A stretch of DNA of 64,000 bases from Eledone cirrhosa (GCA_964016885.1 OZ024740.1:430714001-430778000), one strand, 5' to 3'. Shown: positions 15,229 to 29,997, counted from the first letter of the stretch. Notes: a model not told the origin generated them from the letters alone. Numbers and translations: made by a program.

Positions 15229-15269
15229 GTGTATATATATATGTATATATATATGTATATATATATATG

Positions 15270-15300
<31 letters not shown>

Positions 15301-15463
15301 GTATATATATATATGTGTATATATATATGTATATATATATATATGTGTGTATATATATATATATATGTGTATATATATATGTATATATGTATATATATAT
15401 GTGTATATATATATGTATATATATATATATATGTGTGTGTGTATATATATATATATATGTATG

Positions 15464-15503
<40 letters not shown>

Positions 15504-15507
15504 TATA

Positions 15508-15548
<41 letters not shown>

Positions 15549-15566
15549 ATATATATATATATATGT

Positions 15567-16420
15567 ATAGAGAATAAATTCCAAACCTGGAAGCAGGGAC
15601 TAGAGAGAAAGGGCCTCAAAGTCAACATGACAAAGACTAAGGTCCTTGTAAGTAGACGAGAAAACAGAACCCAGATCCCCTCAGGGAAATGGCCTTGCTC
15701 AGTATGTAGGAAAGGTGTAGGTAGGAACTCCATTCTCTGCCCCAAATGCAAACAAGAGATGTAGCGGGATCTCCGGAAGCTTAATTAAGAATGTAGGATT
15801 CACATGCAGCAGCTGTGCTGAAACAGCAAGTAAACAGCCACAGGAAACAAGTACCACCAATCTCTGGGAGGGCCCTGTAGAAACAGTAGACAGCTTCTGC
15901 TACCTAGGTAGCAGAAGTTTAGAGAGAAACGAAGCCTGCATGCTCCGATGGATGAGAGACTGAGCATAAGAGGAATCAAATGCTGCGTGCAGGAGAGGCG
16001 GTTACGCTGGTATGGACATGTGATGCGTATGAAGGATGACAGCTGCATAAAAAGGTGCAGAGCACTAGAAGTTGATGGAAACCGCGGAGTGGGGAGACCC
16101 AAGATGACTTGGGATGAGGTGATAAAAGCCGACCTTACCCAACTACACCTCTCAAAGTCAATGACACATGACCGTGACTTCTGGCGTCACGCAGTAATAC
16201 AGGGTACCCGACCTCCCATGGGTACATGCTGAAGCATATAAACAATATGCCCCCACTCCCCCCACCGCAAGGTGGTCGTGGAGGTGTCACGGCAAAAAAG
16301 CACCCAGCCCACACTGTAAAGTGGACGTGTAGGCGCCACGAAAAAGCACCCAGCACTCACTGTAAATGAGGTTGGTGTTAGGAAGGGCATCCAGCTGTAG
16401 AAATCAAGCCAGATCAGTTC
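15567..16420 (+). mobile_element. RTE subfamily 1 fragment with internal deletions
   Basis: Matches 5313-6420 with gaps. Confidence 0.9.
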
Positions 16421-16806
16421 AGGCATACCGAAAACGATAAGTTGATAAAAATGAAAATTTCGTTTTTATTTTCTTCAACTTATCGTTTTCGGTATGCCTG
16501 ACCGATTTAACTCACTCAATATGCAAATTAGGCTGCTCAGCCGTTAATTTTCATAAGGAAAGTATATACTTTCGAACGTTCAACTATCTGGCAGATGGGT
16601 AAACGGTGCTGATGATAGCTAACAAGCTTGAAACTAGTACATCGTTCCTGTGTCAGTGTTGAACAAAAAGGTGACGTGGTTGCCTTAACACCGTATGGCA
16701 TAATTTCAGGCTGTTCGATTTGTTGACAAACAAACGAACAAAGCAGGCGTTATAATAAACGTCGGCTAAACTGATGCGTGCATATATGTATGTGTACCTG
16801 TATGCG
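16419..16806 (+). mobile_element. Family D retrozyme-like element, partial, with fold-back 5' end; HHR at 16602-16646
   Basis: Matches 51760-52097; 16419-16461 is inverted relative to 16462-16501. Confidence 0.85.
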
Positions 16807-17569
16807 TAAAAATAAAGGCTTCGTTGGTTTAAGCTATTTTTATAAAGGATGCCACAGAATGTACGATATATAATGATTACAATATTTTTTAGCAACAACT
16901 CTAGTCCCACACTTTTGAAGGTTTATTATAACATTCTGTGGCACTTTTGAGCTTGCGCATTTTTCATGTCTAGTTTAATATTTTTTTAAGGCAACGCTTG
17001 TAATAACTCTAGTTAAACAGGATATATATTAATAATAAATTATCGTTGTAATGTAATTAGATTATGTAATTGTTATTATAAATTATCTTATAAATATTAG
17101 TGTAAGATGTATAAAAATATTTTCAGACTTTTAATATAAACAACTACAAAAAACAATCAATATTAAATCAATATATTATACATAATAGAAAACATAAAAT
17201 ATACAATACAAAAACAAAATATTTACATACAATTGCAATTATCAGTGTATATACATTTTCTTTATATTCCCTGAGCAAATTAATAAGATTTGTTTTTATT
17301 GTACATAATTTGATGACTTGTTGGAGTGTATTAAAAGATAGCAACAATTTGTGATTAAATTGTTATCTTAAGCAACTCACTTTTTAATAGTTGTTGGCTG
17401 AGCGAAATTGTAAAAGCCTATGAGCAAATATAAAAAAAAATACACAAACAACATTTCCTTGTGTTATTACAACATTAGATAAAATAATTGAGCAATGTCG
17501 TTATATTTTGCTCTTATTGCACATTAATAGTGTTTCTATTTTTCGGCACAAATCCATTACGGCAGTCCA

Positions 17570-17697
17570 TTACTGGTACTTTATTTTATCGAATTAGTAA
17601 GTATGAAAGTCGAAGTTAACCTCGGCAGGATTTGAACTTAGAATGCAAAGGACCATAACAATACTGCAAAGCATGGTGTCTGACGCTCTACCAATAC
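17570..17697 (-). mobile_element. Old tRNA-derived SINE fragment (resembles octopus OK-type); second remnant 18506-18550
   Basis: ctggtactttattttatcga...cctcggcaggatttgaactta (B box in reverse); family recognised from memory. Confidence 0.6.
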
Positions 17698-18091
17698 TTG
17701 TGTTGAGATGGTCATTAATTTATGGTGGTCGTGCGTGGAGTAGAGCAATCGCTAGTTGAAATATTATGAACAAAACATTTTTATTTGCCGAAGAACATAT
17801 TTTCAATACTGTTTGTGAATGTGACGAAGGAAATACATTCTGATATGGAACAGTGTACAAAGTGTGTCTGTGAATAACATAATGTTACCTCATGTTGTTG
17901 TCAAGACATAATGGATTTCGTATATCCAGTTAGAAGATGAAACCTAGCCATCTCGGATTAGTTATATTTCATGCCATGTGTAAACGTGTTTGAGGATAGC
18001 AAAATATGCGCGTTAATTATAATAATTAGTTAATAATATTACAAAATATACCTAATTAAACTCTTTGCTTGAAATTTTATCATTCTTCGTT

Positions 18092-18128
<37 letters not shown>

Positions 18129-19578
18129 GGAGAGAGATTTATCTAGTCCTTCGCTCAAGATTAATCTATAAGTTTAGATGTTTGCCTTCGTTTAAGTAAA
18201 TATTACAGTAAGATTTTTAATATAAACAACTACAAAAAACAATTAATATTAAAACGAAAAAATTATCAATGATAAAAGAAGCGGATGCAACTTTTTTTTT
18301 TATAAAGTTATATTCCTGTTTCTTTAAAGAACATTTCATTTTTGTTCTATTGTAGGCGAAATAATGCAATGGTTTAATAGGGAAGATATAACTTACGAAT
18401 TATGTCTCTAACCGTGTAACGCTTTTTAAGTAGATAACTACAATTGAAAATACTAAAGAAATGGAACCAACAATTCAATTTGAAAGTCGTCTAGTGACAG
18501 TGTATTACTGGTACTTTATTTTATCGACCCCGTAACGATGAAAGGCAAAAATGCAAATGCTTAAAATTTAAATTGCCTTAATTCTATCGTCTGCTGTTTC
18601 ATTAAAGGGAGATTATCGTCTGTATTTAATTCTATCGTCTACTGTTCCACTAAACAGATATACCTCCACTATCGTCTCTATTTATACATTTTAACTTATA
18701 ACTTATACACATTTGATTTGAAATATTTTATCTAGTCCCCCCTCTCAATATTATGATGATTTCTTTCGAATGAAACAGTTCTAGTCCTGTAGAAACCATT
18801 TATATATATAATTGAACTGAGTTAAAAATTCACAATATTTATAATTAAATAAGCTCATATATATATGTGTGTATTTATCTGTTTATTGTATTATATATAA
18901 TGTGTGTATATACAGGATGTCCCCCAAAAATATATACACACTTCAACAGCATTCTAATAACTATTGCCTGTACAGGTAATCAAAGTGTCAATCGAATGTT
19001 AGTTTCGTGTTTTAACAGTACAAATTTACAATACACACATAAAACCAGTGTATATACATACATGAGTGTGTATACACATACATGAATGTGTATATACAAT
19101 ATATATGTATATATATATAGACACATATATTCACGGTGCAACGGTACATTAAAATATAGATGCGGGAGAGGGGGGGGGTGTATATATAGGGGCGCTGGGG
19201 ATAAAGGAGTGTAAAGCGTGTGTAATTGATATATTGAAGGAGAGGAGCGTGCAGCGATAGAGTAACAAATATATAGAGAGGGGGAGAGATGGTATTGAAG
19301 GGGAGGAGTGCAAAGCGAAAGAGTAAGAGATATATATAGAGACGGAACAGATAGAGAGAAACAGGCGTAAGTAACAGTGGAAGAGATATAGAGAGAGGTA
19401 CTCTGATTGGTTGAAAATTAGCCAATGACATACGATCACCACCACCACGGCTATCCCCGAAAAATTTTTTAAGAAGCTACGCATATATGTTGGAACACGA
19501 AAAGTGAACATTCTGTTGTTTCACACTTTTCGTGTTCTAACAGATAAGAACAAAAGATGGTTAAAAGAGTTCCATGTA

Positions 19579-19645
19579 TTTTATTATGCGCATTTCAAAA
19601 ACAAATATCATCATGCAATAATATTTGTGTTTTCATCAGATAAAA
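19579..19645 (-). ncRNA. Type I hammerhead ribozyme, family E
   Basis: Reverse complement of 19849-19915. Confidence 0.8.
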
Positions 19646-19848
19646 CAGGAAGACATGATATGAAGGTTAAAAAACACTTGTGGATAGTGCAGTTTTAAAT
19701 CAACATATGAAAAGTAGTTTTAGATTGATGTGTGATATTTTTTTTTTTTTTTCCAATATCACACATCAATCTAAAACTACTTTTCATATGTTGATTTAAA
19801 ACTGCACTATCCACAAGTGTTTTTTAACCTTCATATCATGTCTTCCTG

Positions 19849-19915
19849 TTTTATCTGATGAAAACACAAATATTATTGCATGATGATATTTGTTTTTGAA
19901 ATGCGCATAATAAAA
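19849..19915 (+). ncRNA. Type I hammerhead ribozyme, family E
   Basis: UUUUAU CUGAUGA [AAAcACAAAUAUUAUU gcau GAUGAUAUUUGUuUUU] GAAA UGCGCA UA^AUAAAA. Confidence 0.8.
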
Positions 19916-19950
19916 TACATGGAACTCTTTTAACCATCTTTTGTTCTTAT

Positions 19951-20075
19951 ATATATATATATATATATGCATATATATATATATATGTATATATATGTAT
20001 GTATATATATAGATGTATATATATATATGTATGTATATTTATGTATGTATATATATATATGTATATATATATATG

Positions 20076-20144
<69 letters not shown>

Positions 20145-20173
20145 GTATATATATATATACATATATATGTATA

Positions 20174-20207
<34 letters not shown>

Positions 20208-20227
20208 CATATATATATATACATATA

Positions 20228-20325
<98 letters not shown>

Positions 20326-20350
20326 CATATTTATACATATATATATATAC

Positions 20351-20393
<43 letters not shown>

Positions 20394-20448
20394 TCTATAC
20401 ACATATATATACACACACATATATATATATATATACATATATATATAC

Positions 20449-20501
<53 letters not shown>

Positions 20502-20626
20502 CATATATATACATATATATATACATATATATATACATATATATATATACATATATATACATATATATATACATATATATATATACATATATATACATAT
20601 ATATATATACATATATATATATACAC

Positions 20627-20700
<74 letters not shown>

Positions 20701-20701
20701 G

Positions 20702-20748
<47 letters not shown>

Positions 20749-20879
20749 GTGTATATATATATGTATATATATATATGTATATATATGTATATATATATGT
20801 ATATATATATGTATATATATGTATATATATATATGTATATATATATGTATATATATATGTATATATATATGTATATATA

Positions 20880-20915
<36 letters not shown>

Positions 20916-20942
20916 CATATATATATACACATATATATATAC

Positions 20943-20975
<33 letters not shown>

Positions 20976-21001
20976 CATATATATATGTATATATATATAT
21001 G

Positions 21002-21032
<31 letters not shown>

Positions 21033-21079
21033 GTATATATATGTGTATATATATATGTATATATATATATATGTATATA

Positions 21080-21126
<47 letters not shown>

Positions 21127-21139
21127 GTATATATATATG

Positions 21140-21172
<33 letters not shown>

Positions 21173-21243
21173 GTGTATATATATATGTATATATATGTAT
21201 ATATTTCTATATATATATGTATATATATGTGTATATATATATG

Positions 21244-21276
<33 letters not shown>

Positions 21277-21319
21277 GTATATATATATACGTATATATAT
21301 ATATATGTATATATATGTT

Positions 21320-21402
<83 letters not shown>

Positions 21403-21409
21403 GTATATA

Positions 21410-21478
<69 letters not shown>

Positions 21479-21516
21479 GTGTATATATATATGTATATAT
21501 ATGTATATATATATGT
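19951..21516. repeat. Degenerate (TA)n block
   Basis: Direct reading. Confidence 0.98.
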
Positions 21517-21756
21517 ACAATATATTTAGAAACACACAGATACATGCGGACACACACATATACATGAATGCATCCACACCCAACCGTGAGTTAAGGGTGC
21601 CAACCTCACCGATGTTGCTCAATGAATGACTGGGACAGACCAATCCGGTTGAACTAGACTGAACCAGTATCAGAGTTAAAAATACATTATGAAGAGAGAA
21701 GAAACATTTAGATATAATTAGTAATAAAATGTATCATACCTAAACTGCTCCTAGAT

Positions 21757-21846
21757 TCCTCGACTACGTAGTTTCGTGGCATAAACAAAAACAATACATC
21801 ATAAAGATATAGAGTCCCTGCGAGGTCTGCCGACTTATCAAGAGGA
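21757..21846 (-). ncRNA. Type I hammerhead, U3-A8 variant, long stem II, family F
   Basis: Reverse complement of 22308-22392 with 5 extra nt in stem II. Confidence 0.75.
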
Positions 21847-22307
21847 TACCTCATTTTACTAGTCTCAAGAACGCGTCTACACGACGTGAGAAAGAATCCC
21901 AAAAGGCGGAGGGGGAGATAGTCACGCGATATAACGGTCGAGAAACAGAGCTAAGCCTCTTATAACCCCGAAGAAAATACCACAGAGGCGGAGGGGGTAT
22001 TTATATCGAAGCCGTAGAAGAGGTGGTGAAGGGGGAGAGAAGTATGAGTAATGGCAGCTTTCCAGCAGTCACCACACTTCAAAGATTACTCAACCAGAGG
22101 GAGTTATTAACAATATATTTAGAAACACACAGATACATGCGGACACACACATATACATGAATGCATCCACACCCAACCGTGAGTTAAGGGTGCCAACCTC
22201 ACCGATGTTGCTTAATGAATGACTGGGACAGACCAATCCGGTTGAACTAGACTGAACCAGTATCAGAGTTAAAAATACATTATGAAGAGAGAAGAAACAT
22301 TTAGGTA

Positions 22308-22392
22308 TCCTCTTGATAAGTCGGCAGACCTCGCAGGGACTCTATATCTTTATGATGTTTTTGTTTATGCCACGAAACTACGTAGTCGAGGA
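22308..22392 (+). ncRNA. Type I hammerhead, U3-A8 variant, long stem II, family F
   Basis: UCCUC UUGAUAA GUcGGCA...UGCCAC GAAA CUACGUAG UC^GAGGA. Confidence 0.75.
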
Positions 22393-22494
22393 ATCTAGGA
22401 GCAGTTTAGGTATGATACATTTTATTACTAATTATATCTAAATGTTTCTTCTCTCTTCATAATGTATATATATATGTATATATATGTGTATATA

Positions 22495-22607
<113 letters not shown>

Positions 22608-22621
22608 GTATATATATATGT

Positions 22622-22746
<125 letters not shown>

Positions 22747-22949
22747 CATATATATGTATATATATATATATATATACATATATACCTATATATATACATA
22801 TTTTCCTCCTGTATTTTCCAAAACAAATCTCTTGTATTTTGTCCTGATTGTAAAATAAGGAAGTTTTTTTGGCGTATTTTACTAAACAAATCTAATATTT
22901 TTGTTTACGTTCGTTAAATACTAGGATCTAACTTAAACCTATTCTTCTC

Positions 22950-25900
22950 GCTAACAACTCAACCCTCCCTCCCGCTCCCACGCACCACCATTATTATCAC
23001 GTGGACCAATCATAAGCCAGAGGCCTATACTATCGCTTACCTGGTCGCCTTCGATATGTAGGATGGAAGGACTACGGAGTTCCGGAGAGTTGAAGAGAGA
23101 AAAATCTGGACGCTCAGCGACAATACCAAAGTTAAAGACAAACACACCTCGTGGACGAGAATGCGAACATGCCTCTTTGTTTCGGCCGCGGATGACTAAC
23201 ACAACCCCATCTCCCCCCGCTCCCCACCTTTCCCACCCCCTAAACGCAATCCAAAACTTCAGATTTGGTACCTTGAATGTAGGCACCTTAAAGGGTCGCT
23301 CTAACGAGGTTGTAGAAATGCTTGAACGTAAGGAGGTCGATGTTTGTTGTATTCAAGAGACCAGGTGGAGGGGTGGATCTGCTAGATTCATTGTGGGTAG
23401 AAAACGATGCTATAAGCTTTTCTGGGTGGGAAATGACAATGGGCTGGGTGGGGTAGGAATCATGGTAGCAGAAAAGTGGGCAGATAAGATAATAGACGTA
23501 AATAGAGTGAACGACAGAATAATTAAAATAAGACTTGTCCTCAATAGAACCACGGTGACAGTAATATCCGCGTACGCACCCCAATCCGGACTGCCCAGCA
23601 CTATAAAAGACAGATTCTATGAGACACTGATGCTCACTACCTCCCAAATAACCGACAGTGACTATATAATTATTGCTGGTGACCTAAATGGCCACGTTGG
23701 ACAACATTGTGACGGCTACGACGAAATCCATGGAGGCTATGGGTTTGGTACTAGAAATGAGGAAGGCTCCAGAATCCTGGAATTCTGTGACGCAAATAAC
23801 CTAACTATCTGCAACACTAACTTCAAAAAACGAGACAATCACTTGATCACCTACAGATCAGGGGAACATACCAGCCAGGTAGATTATATCCTTACCAGAA
23901 GACGTGACAAAGTGACTGTTGTAAACACTAAATCCCTCCCCATGAAGAATGCACCTCCCAACATAGACTGATAATTAGCGACCTAATAGTCAGGACGAGA
24001 CGTACTAGGCAACAGAAGAGGACTACCCTCAGGAGAAAAATATGGAAGCTAAAGGACCCCACAGCCAAAAATAAATTCCAATGCATATTACTTGATGCTT
24101 TCGACAGTAAGGAAGAGCAATTAGAGTCGTACAAGGTAGAGGAACAGTGGGAATTCCTGAAAGCAAACCTGCTGACGGCGACAGACGAAGTCTGTGGCTG
24201 GAGCAGGCCTGTAGGCAGGAGGAGAATAACATGGTGGTGGAACAGTAAGGTGGAGGGGTCAATTAAGGCCAAAAAGCAGGTTTGGAAAGTATGGCGGGAT
24301 GGGGGAAGCAGAGAAGACTATCAAGTGGCCAGGAGGGAAGCTAGGAGACAAGTGTACTTCGCAAGAAGGGAAGCAGAGGAAAGAAAGTTCAAGCATGTTC
24401 TACAACGTGAGGACCAAAAACGTGAGGTGTTCAGGATTGCTAGGCAATGTGTCAAGGAAAACAGTGATATTGTCGGGGAGAAGTGTGTATTTAACGATGA
24501 CGGCGTACTTGCCATCACCGACGCCGATAAGAAGGTAGCTTGGAAGTGTCACTATGAAAGGCTACTAAATGAGGAGAATAAATGGGAGAAAGACAGTCTC
24601 CCCCACATCGACCCAATAGAGGGACCAGCAGTGTTAGTCGAGGGTAGTATAATAAGTAAGGCAATCAAAGATATGAAGACAGGCAAGGCGGCTGGGCCTT
24701 CGGAAATAGTTGCCGAGATGCTGAAGGCATCTGGTACGGTGGGACACACCATGGTCACCCGGATAGTCAACCAAGTCATACAGAATGGGGTTGTTCCGAA
24801 GGACTGGCGTAGCAGCATCATCGTTAACTGTTATAAGGGTAAAAGAGATGCCCTAGATAGGAGTAACTATAGAGGCATTAAATTAATCGACCAGGTCATG
24901 AAGGTCACGGAAAAAGTAATAGCGCAACTAATCAGAGAGCGAATTGATCTAGATGAAATGCAGTTCAGGTTTGTGTCAGGAAAAAGTACCACAGACGCTC
25001 TTTTCATTGTACGACAACTACAGGAGAAGTACCTAGCTAAAAGTAAACCCCTATACCTAGCTTTCGTCGACTTGGAGAAGGCCTTCGACAGAGTCCCCCG
25101 TTCCATTATCTGGTGGGCTCTTAGAAAACTAGGTGTTGATGAATGGCTTGTGAGAGCTATACAAGCCATGTATAAAGAAACAGTCAGCAAGGTTAGAATT
25201 AACAACGAATATAGTGAAGAGTTTAGTGTAAAAGTTGGTGTTCATCAGGGATCTGTTCTTAGCCCCCTACTATTTATTATTGCCCTCCAGGCTATAACAG
25301 TGGAGTTCAAGACCGGCTGCCCATGGGAACTCCTATACGCAGATGATCTAACGCTCATAGCTGAATCAATGGCCGAGCTAGAGAAGAAATTCCAAACATG
25401 GAAGCACGGCCTAGAATCAAAAGGCCTTAAAATTAACCTGGCTAAGACTAAAGTTCGAGTTTGTAGGAAAGAAAATAAGGCGGCGGTCCCCTCCGGGAAG
25501 TGGCCATGCGCAGAGTGTAGGAAAGGCGTAGGCAGAAACTCCATTTTGTGTCCCAAATGCAAAGTTTAGGTGCATAAAAGATGTAGTGGTATCACAGGTA
25601 AGCTAACTAAGAACATAGATTTTACATGTGGCCGGTGTTCCGGCGCAATAAGTAGCAGCAAGTGCCCACAAAATACTAGCTCTTTCAGCTGCGCAGAGGG
25701 TTCTATAGAAATAGTGGACAGCTTCCGTTACCTGGGTGACAAAATCAGCAGTGGAGGAGGGTGCTCTGAAAGTACAGTAGCTAGAGTCAGAACTGGGTGG
25801 AAAAAGTTCAGAGAGCTTATACCACTATTAGCCGCTAAAGGGTTCTCCCTAAAAATGAAAGGCAGGCTGTATGATGCCTGCATACGAACAGCAATGTTGC

Positions 25901-26675
25901 ATGGCAGTGAGACTGGGCATTGTGTGCAGAAGATATACGCAGACTAGAGAGAAACGAAGCTTGCATGCTCCGCTGGATGTGTAATAGTAATATACGTGAA
26001 CGACAAAGCATAAACGAACTAAGGAAAAATTTAGAAATAAGAGGGATCAGATGTTGTCTACTCGAGAGAAGGCTACGTTGGTATGGTCACGTAATGCGCA
26101 TGAAGGACGATAGCTGTATAACAAAGTGCAGGGCAATAAAGATAGACGGTAGCCATAGAATAGGCAGACTCAGAAAAACCTGGGATGAGCTGATAAACTC
26201 CGACCTCACACACTTACACCTCACCAACACAATGTCATTGGACCGAGACCTTTGGCGGTACTCAGTAATAGAGAAGACCCGCCTTACCTAAATACAAAGT
26301 AAAACCTACTACAGCCAGTAGGCATCTCTAACAAAATACACCCACGTCCCACCACCCACACCCTATCCACCCCCCCTCCTATGTAAAGTTATGTTGGTGC
26401 CACACCATCCAGGCCGAAACAAATGAGATCGTGTAGGTGTCACGACAAAAAAACACACAGTCCACGCTGTAATGTGGCCGTGTAGGCAACACGGTAAAAA
26501 CCTCCCAGACCAACACTGTAAATGTGGTTGGTGTTAGGAAGGGCATCCAGCTGTAGAAAACCCGCCAGACAGTCCTATGCGAGCAAGACAATCACTCTTG
26601 CCTCAAGTGGGAAAACCCCCGTCCAAACCCATGCAAGCGTGGAACACGGACGTTAAACGTTGATGATGATGATGA
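22950..26675 (+). mobile_element. RTE LINE subfamily 2, near full-length, disrupted (APE 23063-23971; RT 24250-26291)
   Basis: GTLNV..IQETRW..SAYAPQ..GDLNGHVG APE motifs; YADD; frameshifts and a stop at 25569; (tga)n tail. Confidence 0.95.
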
Positions 26676-26743
26676 TATATATATATGTATATATATATAT
26701 GTACATATATATATGTATATATATATATGTACATATATATATG

Positions 26744-26816
<73 letters not shown>

Positions 26817-26820
<4 letters not shown>

Positions 26821-29800
26821 ACCTCTACACGGCCGAAGCCCTCAGGCAGCTCCGTAACCCACTCTTCTACCGCCCTCTACCCTCCGATCCCACACCCCTC
26901 TACCAACAACAAGTTTCCTCCACCATCCAACACCTTGTCTCCTCCTCCCTCCTCCCCCCACCGCTTGCCACCTCATCGTCCGCACCCCCCGCACCCCCAC
27001 CATCTACTTCCTGCCCAAACTCCACAAACCCGACAACCCCGGCCGCCCCATCGTCTCTGCTTGCAACTGCCCCACCGAACTCATCTCCGCCTTTCTCAAC
27101 TCCATCCTCGCCCCCCTTGTCACCACCCTCCCCTCCCACATCTCCGACACCAACCATGCCCTGCGCCTTTTCGACTCCTTCACCTACCCACCCGGCCCAC
27201 AGCCCTTCCTCTTCACCCTAGACATCAAGTCCCACTATACCGTCATCCCCCACGCCGACGGCCTACGCGCCCTCAAACACTACCTCGACCTCGCCCCTCC
27301 ACCATCCCCTCCACCCGCACCCTCCTTCGCTTCGCCGAGCTGGTCCTCACCCTCAACTGTTTCTCCTTCTCGGGTGAGTTTTACCAACAGGTCACTGGGT
27401 AGCCATGGGTACAAGAATGGGCCCAAACTATGCCAACCTTTTTGTTGGCCATGTTGAGGCCCAAATCTTTGCCCAGTACGCCGGCCCCACGCCCGAACTG
27501 TACGGTCGTTACATCGACGACTGTATCGGAGCCACGACCCTCACCCGAGAACAGCTCGACTCCTTTCTCTCCTTCTTCTGCTCCTTCCACCCCTCCCTCC
27601 ACTTCACCACCTCTATCTCTACCACCCACGTCCACTTCTTAGACATCTCCGTCGCCTTCGACCCCTGCCACCTCTCCCTCATCACCTCCGCCTTCTTCAA
27701 ACCCACCGACTCCCACTACTACCTCGACTTCACCTCTTCCCACTCCACACACACTAAACAGTCTATTCCCTACTCCCAACTCCTCAGGATCCGCCGCCTC
27801 TGTAGCCGAGATGCCGACTTTGAGTCCCAGGCCCTTTCCCTAGTCAGCCATTTCATCCGCAGAGGTTACCCCCCTCTCTCGTCCACACCGCTCTCACCCG
27901 CGCCCGTGCTGTCCACCGCTCCACCACCCTCACCCCACGCGACCGCACACCCACCCACCGTCTCCTCTTCCTCATCACCTACCACCCCTCCAACATACCC
28001 CTCCACCGCACCATCCTCCAGTCCGACCCCTCCACCTCCCACATCTTCCCAGCCCCACCACTCCCCTCCTTCAAACGCGCACGCAATCTCCGCACCCTCC
28101 TCGTCCACAGCTCCCTACCCCCAACCCACGGTCTCTTCCCCCCCGGTTCCTTTCCCTGTTATAGGCCCCGCTGCAACACCTGTCCCCACATTACCAACAC
28201 CACCACCTTCCAGGGCCCCAACGGCCACTCTCTCTGTCCGGCACGCCTTCCGCTGCACCTCCTCCAACCTAGTCTACGGACTTCGCTGCACGGATTGCAG
28301 CACGACTTACGTCGGACAGACTGGACGTCGCCTGGCGGACAGATTTACTGAGCACCTCCGGGATAGTCGTCTCGGTGGTAGTTCCTCCATCGCCCGCCAC
28401 TTTGGTGCCCCTGGACATTCCGCACACCATCTCACAGTCTGTGGCCTACTCCAATGCCACGGAACACCCGCCAATCTCCTCAGAGTTGAACAAAGAACCA
28501 TCTTCACCCTACAGACCCACACTCCCCCAGCCTGAACTCCCCACCCTTATTCCTTTAGCCTTCGACCGCCCCCTCCCCCCACACATATCCCCCACTAACA
28601 CCACTAACACACCCCTCCTTTTCACCGCCCACCCCACAACTAACAATACTAACACCTCCACCCCACCACCCCGAAACTAACATCACTAACACCCCCTGAC
28701 CCCAAGCACACGTACACACACACCCACTTACACCACCCACTCCACACGCAACTAACATCACTCACACCCCCAACCCTACGCACACGAACACACACACCCT
28801 CTTACACCACCCACTCTACACACCCTACCACCACTGACCCCCACTCACACCCGCATTCAACCCTTTCTCCACCTCCAGTATACTAACACCCACTAACACC
28901 CCCTTCACCACACACACACACCAGTACACTACACTCCCTCCATCGGCCCCCACACCCTTCTCTCCCCGCTCCACCCACACCCTTTCTCAAACACTCACAC
29001 ATCCTACTAACACCTCTACTAATACACACACACCCCTCCTCACTCCAACTTTCACACCTACCCATCCTCTCCCCTGTCCACCACACCTCTGCACACACTG
29101 ACACACCTTCACTTACCATTCTACCCTACTGCTGCTATGCCTCTGACCACCTCCCCGCACACACAGACACACAACCCTCCTCCTGCCTTGACCCTCTGAC
29201 CACTTCCTGTTGCGCGCGCACCTCACATCTCCCCTCTTCCGACCAATCTCTTCACGGATTACACCTATTTGAACCTTGATCCCGAGAATCTACCGCATCC
29301 CAGGATTTTACTCAGCATTCCACCACATCTTTTTACGGAATTACCTTTAAGGCTCACGCCAGACACACACACAAAAAAAAATGTTTCCCACACGCCACCT
29401 ACATCCACAACACGCATAAACACCACACACACACGTGCGTACCACCACATATTTACACATTCAGCCTCCGGAATCCTCTCCCCCACCCCTCTATCCACAC
29501 ACGCACACACACTCCGACCTACACCCCACCCCACACACACCTCTTCCTGAACATGCAACCCCGTTCTTCCCCCAACCCTTGCTTTCACATACACACACAC
29601 ACACACGTACACCTACACACACACACCACCTTCAGTCCTCCCCGCTCGGACACCCCGTCTCCCTCTCCCCACTCCACCCGCCACCACCCCTACATGCCCC
29701 ACACCCTTCCACCACCTGTTTTATCCCATTTTAATTTTATTTTGATCATGCCTTTATTTTTAATTTCGTTTGCACCGTTTCCTCTCACCCCCTTTTTGCT

Positions 29801-29980
29801 ATATGTCTCTCCACCACTCCCCTATACACCCTTTGAACTCTCTTCCCATACACTTTTCACCTGAAGAAGGGCTTATGCCCGAAACGTCGTTCACCACCAC
29901 CACCCCACTCACAAGAGCGGGAAATTAATAAACCTTTGTTTGTACTGCCTCTCTGTTTTGTTCCTGTTCAATTTTTCACT
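26817..29980 (+). mobile_element. Penelope-like element (Neptune-like), 5'-truncated, frameshifted RT + GIY-YIG, C-rich 3' region
   Basis: AMGTRMGPNYANLF, RYIDD, FLDI, FRCTSSNLVYGLRCTDC..YVGQTGRRLADRFTEH. Confidence 0.9.
29859..29890 (+). ncRNA. Minimal PLE-type hammerhead, family G
   Basis: AC CUGAAGA A GGGC uuau GCCC GAAA CG UC^GU; stem I is only 2 bp; AATAAA about 40 nt downstream. Confidence 0.7.
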
Positions 29981-29997
29981 ATATATATATATATATG

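Larger units (their letters stand above)
19544..19950. repeat. 196-bp inverted repeat (19544-19739 / 19755-19950), family E
   Basis: Arms read as reverse complements around a T-run+CC spacer. Confidence 0.95.
21517..22467 (-). mobile_element. Family F non-coding 593-nt unit: 1.3 tandem units plus inverted 5' piece
   Basis: 21517-21711 repeats at 22110-22304; 22303-22467 is the reverse complement of 21682-21851. Confidence 0.85.

Noticed and set aside
16810-18870. Host gene exons
   Set aside because: AT-rich, no convincing ORF or splice-flanked coding segment; only SINE remnants and short ctatcgtct repeats. A small exon cannot be excluded
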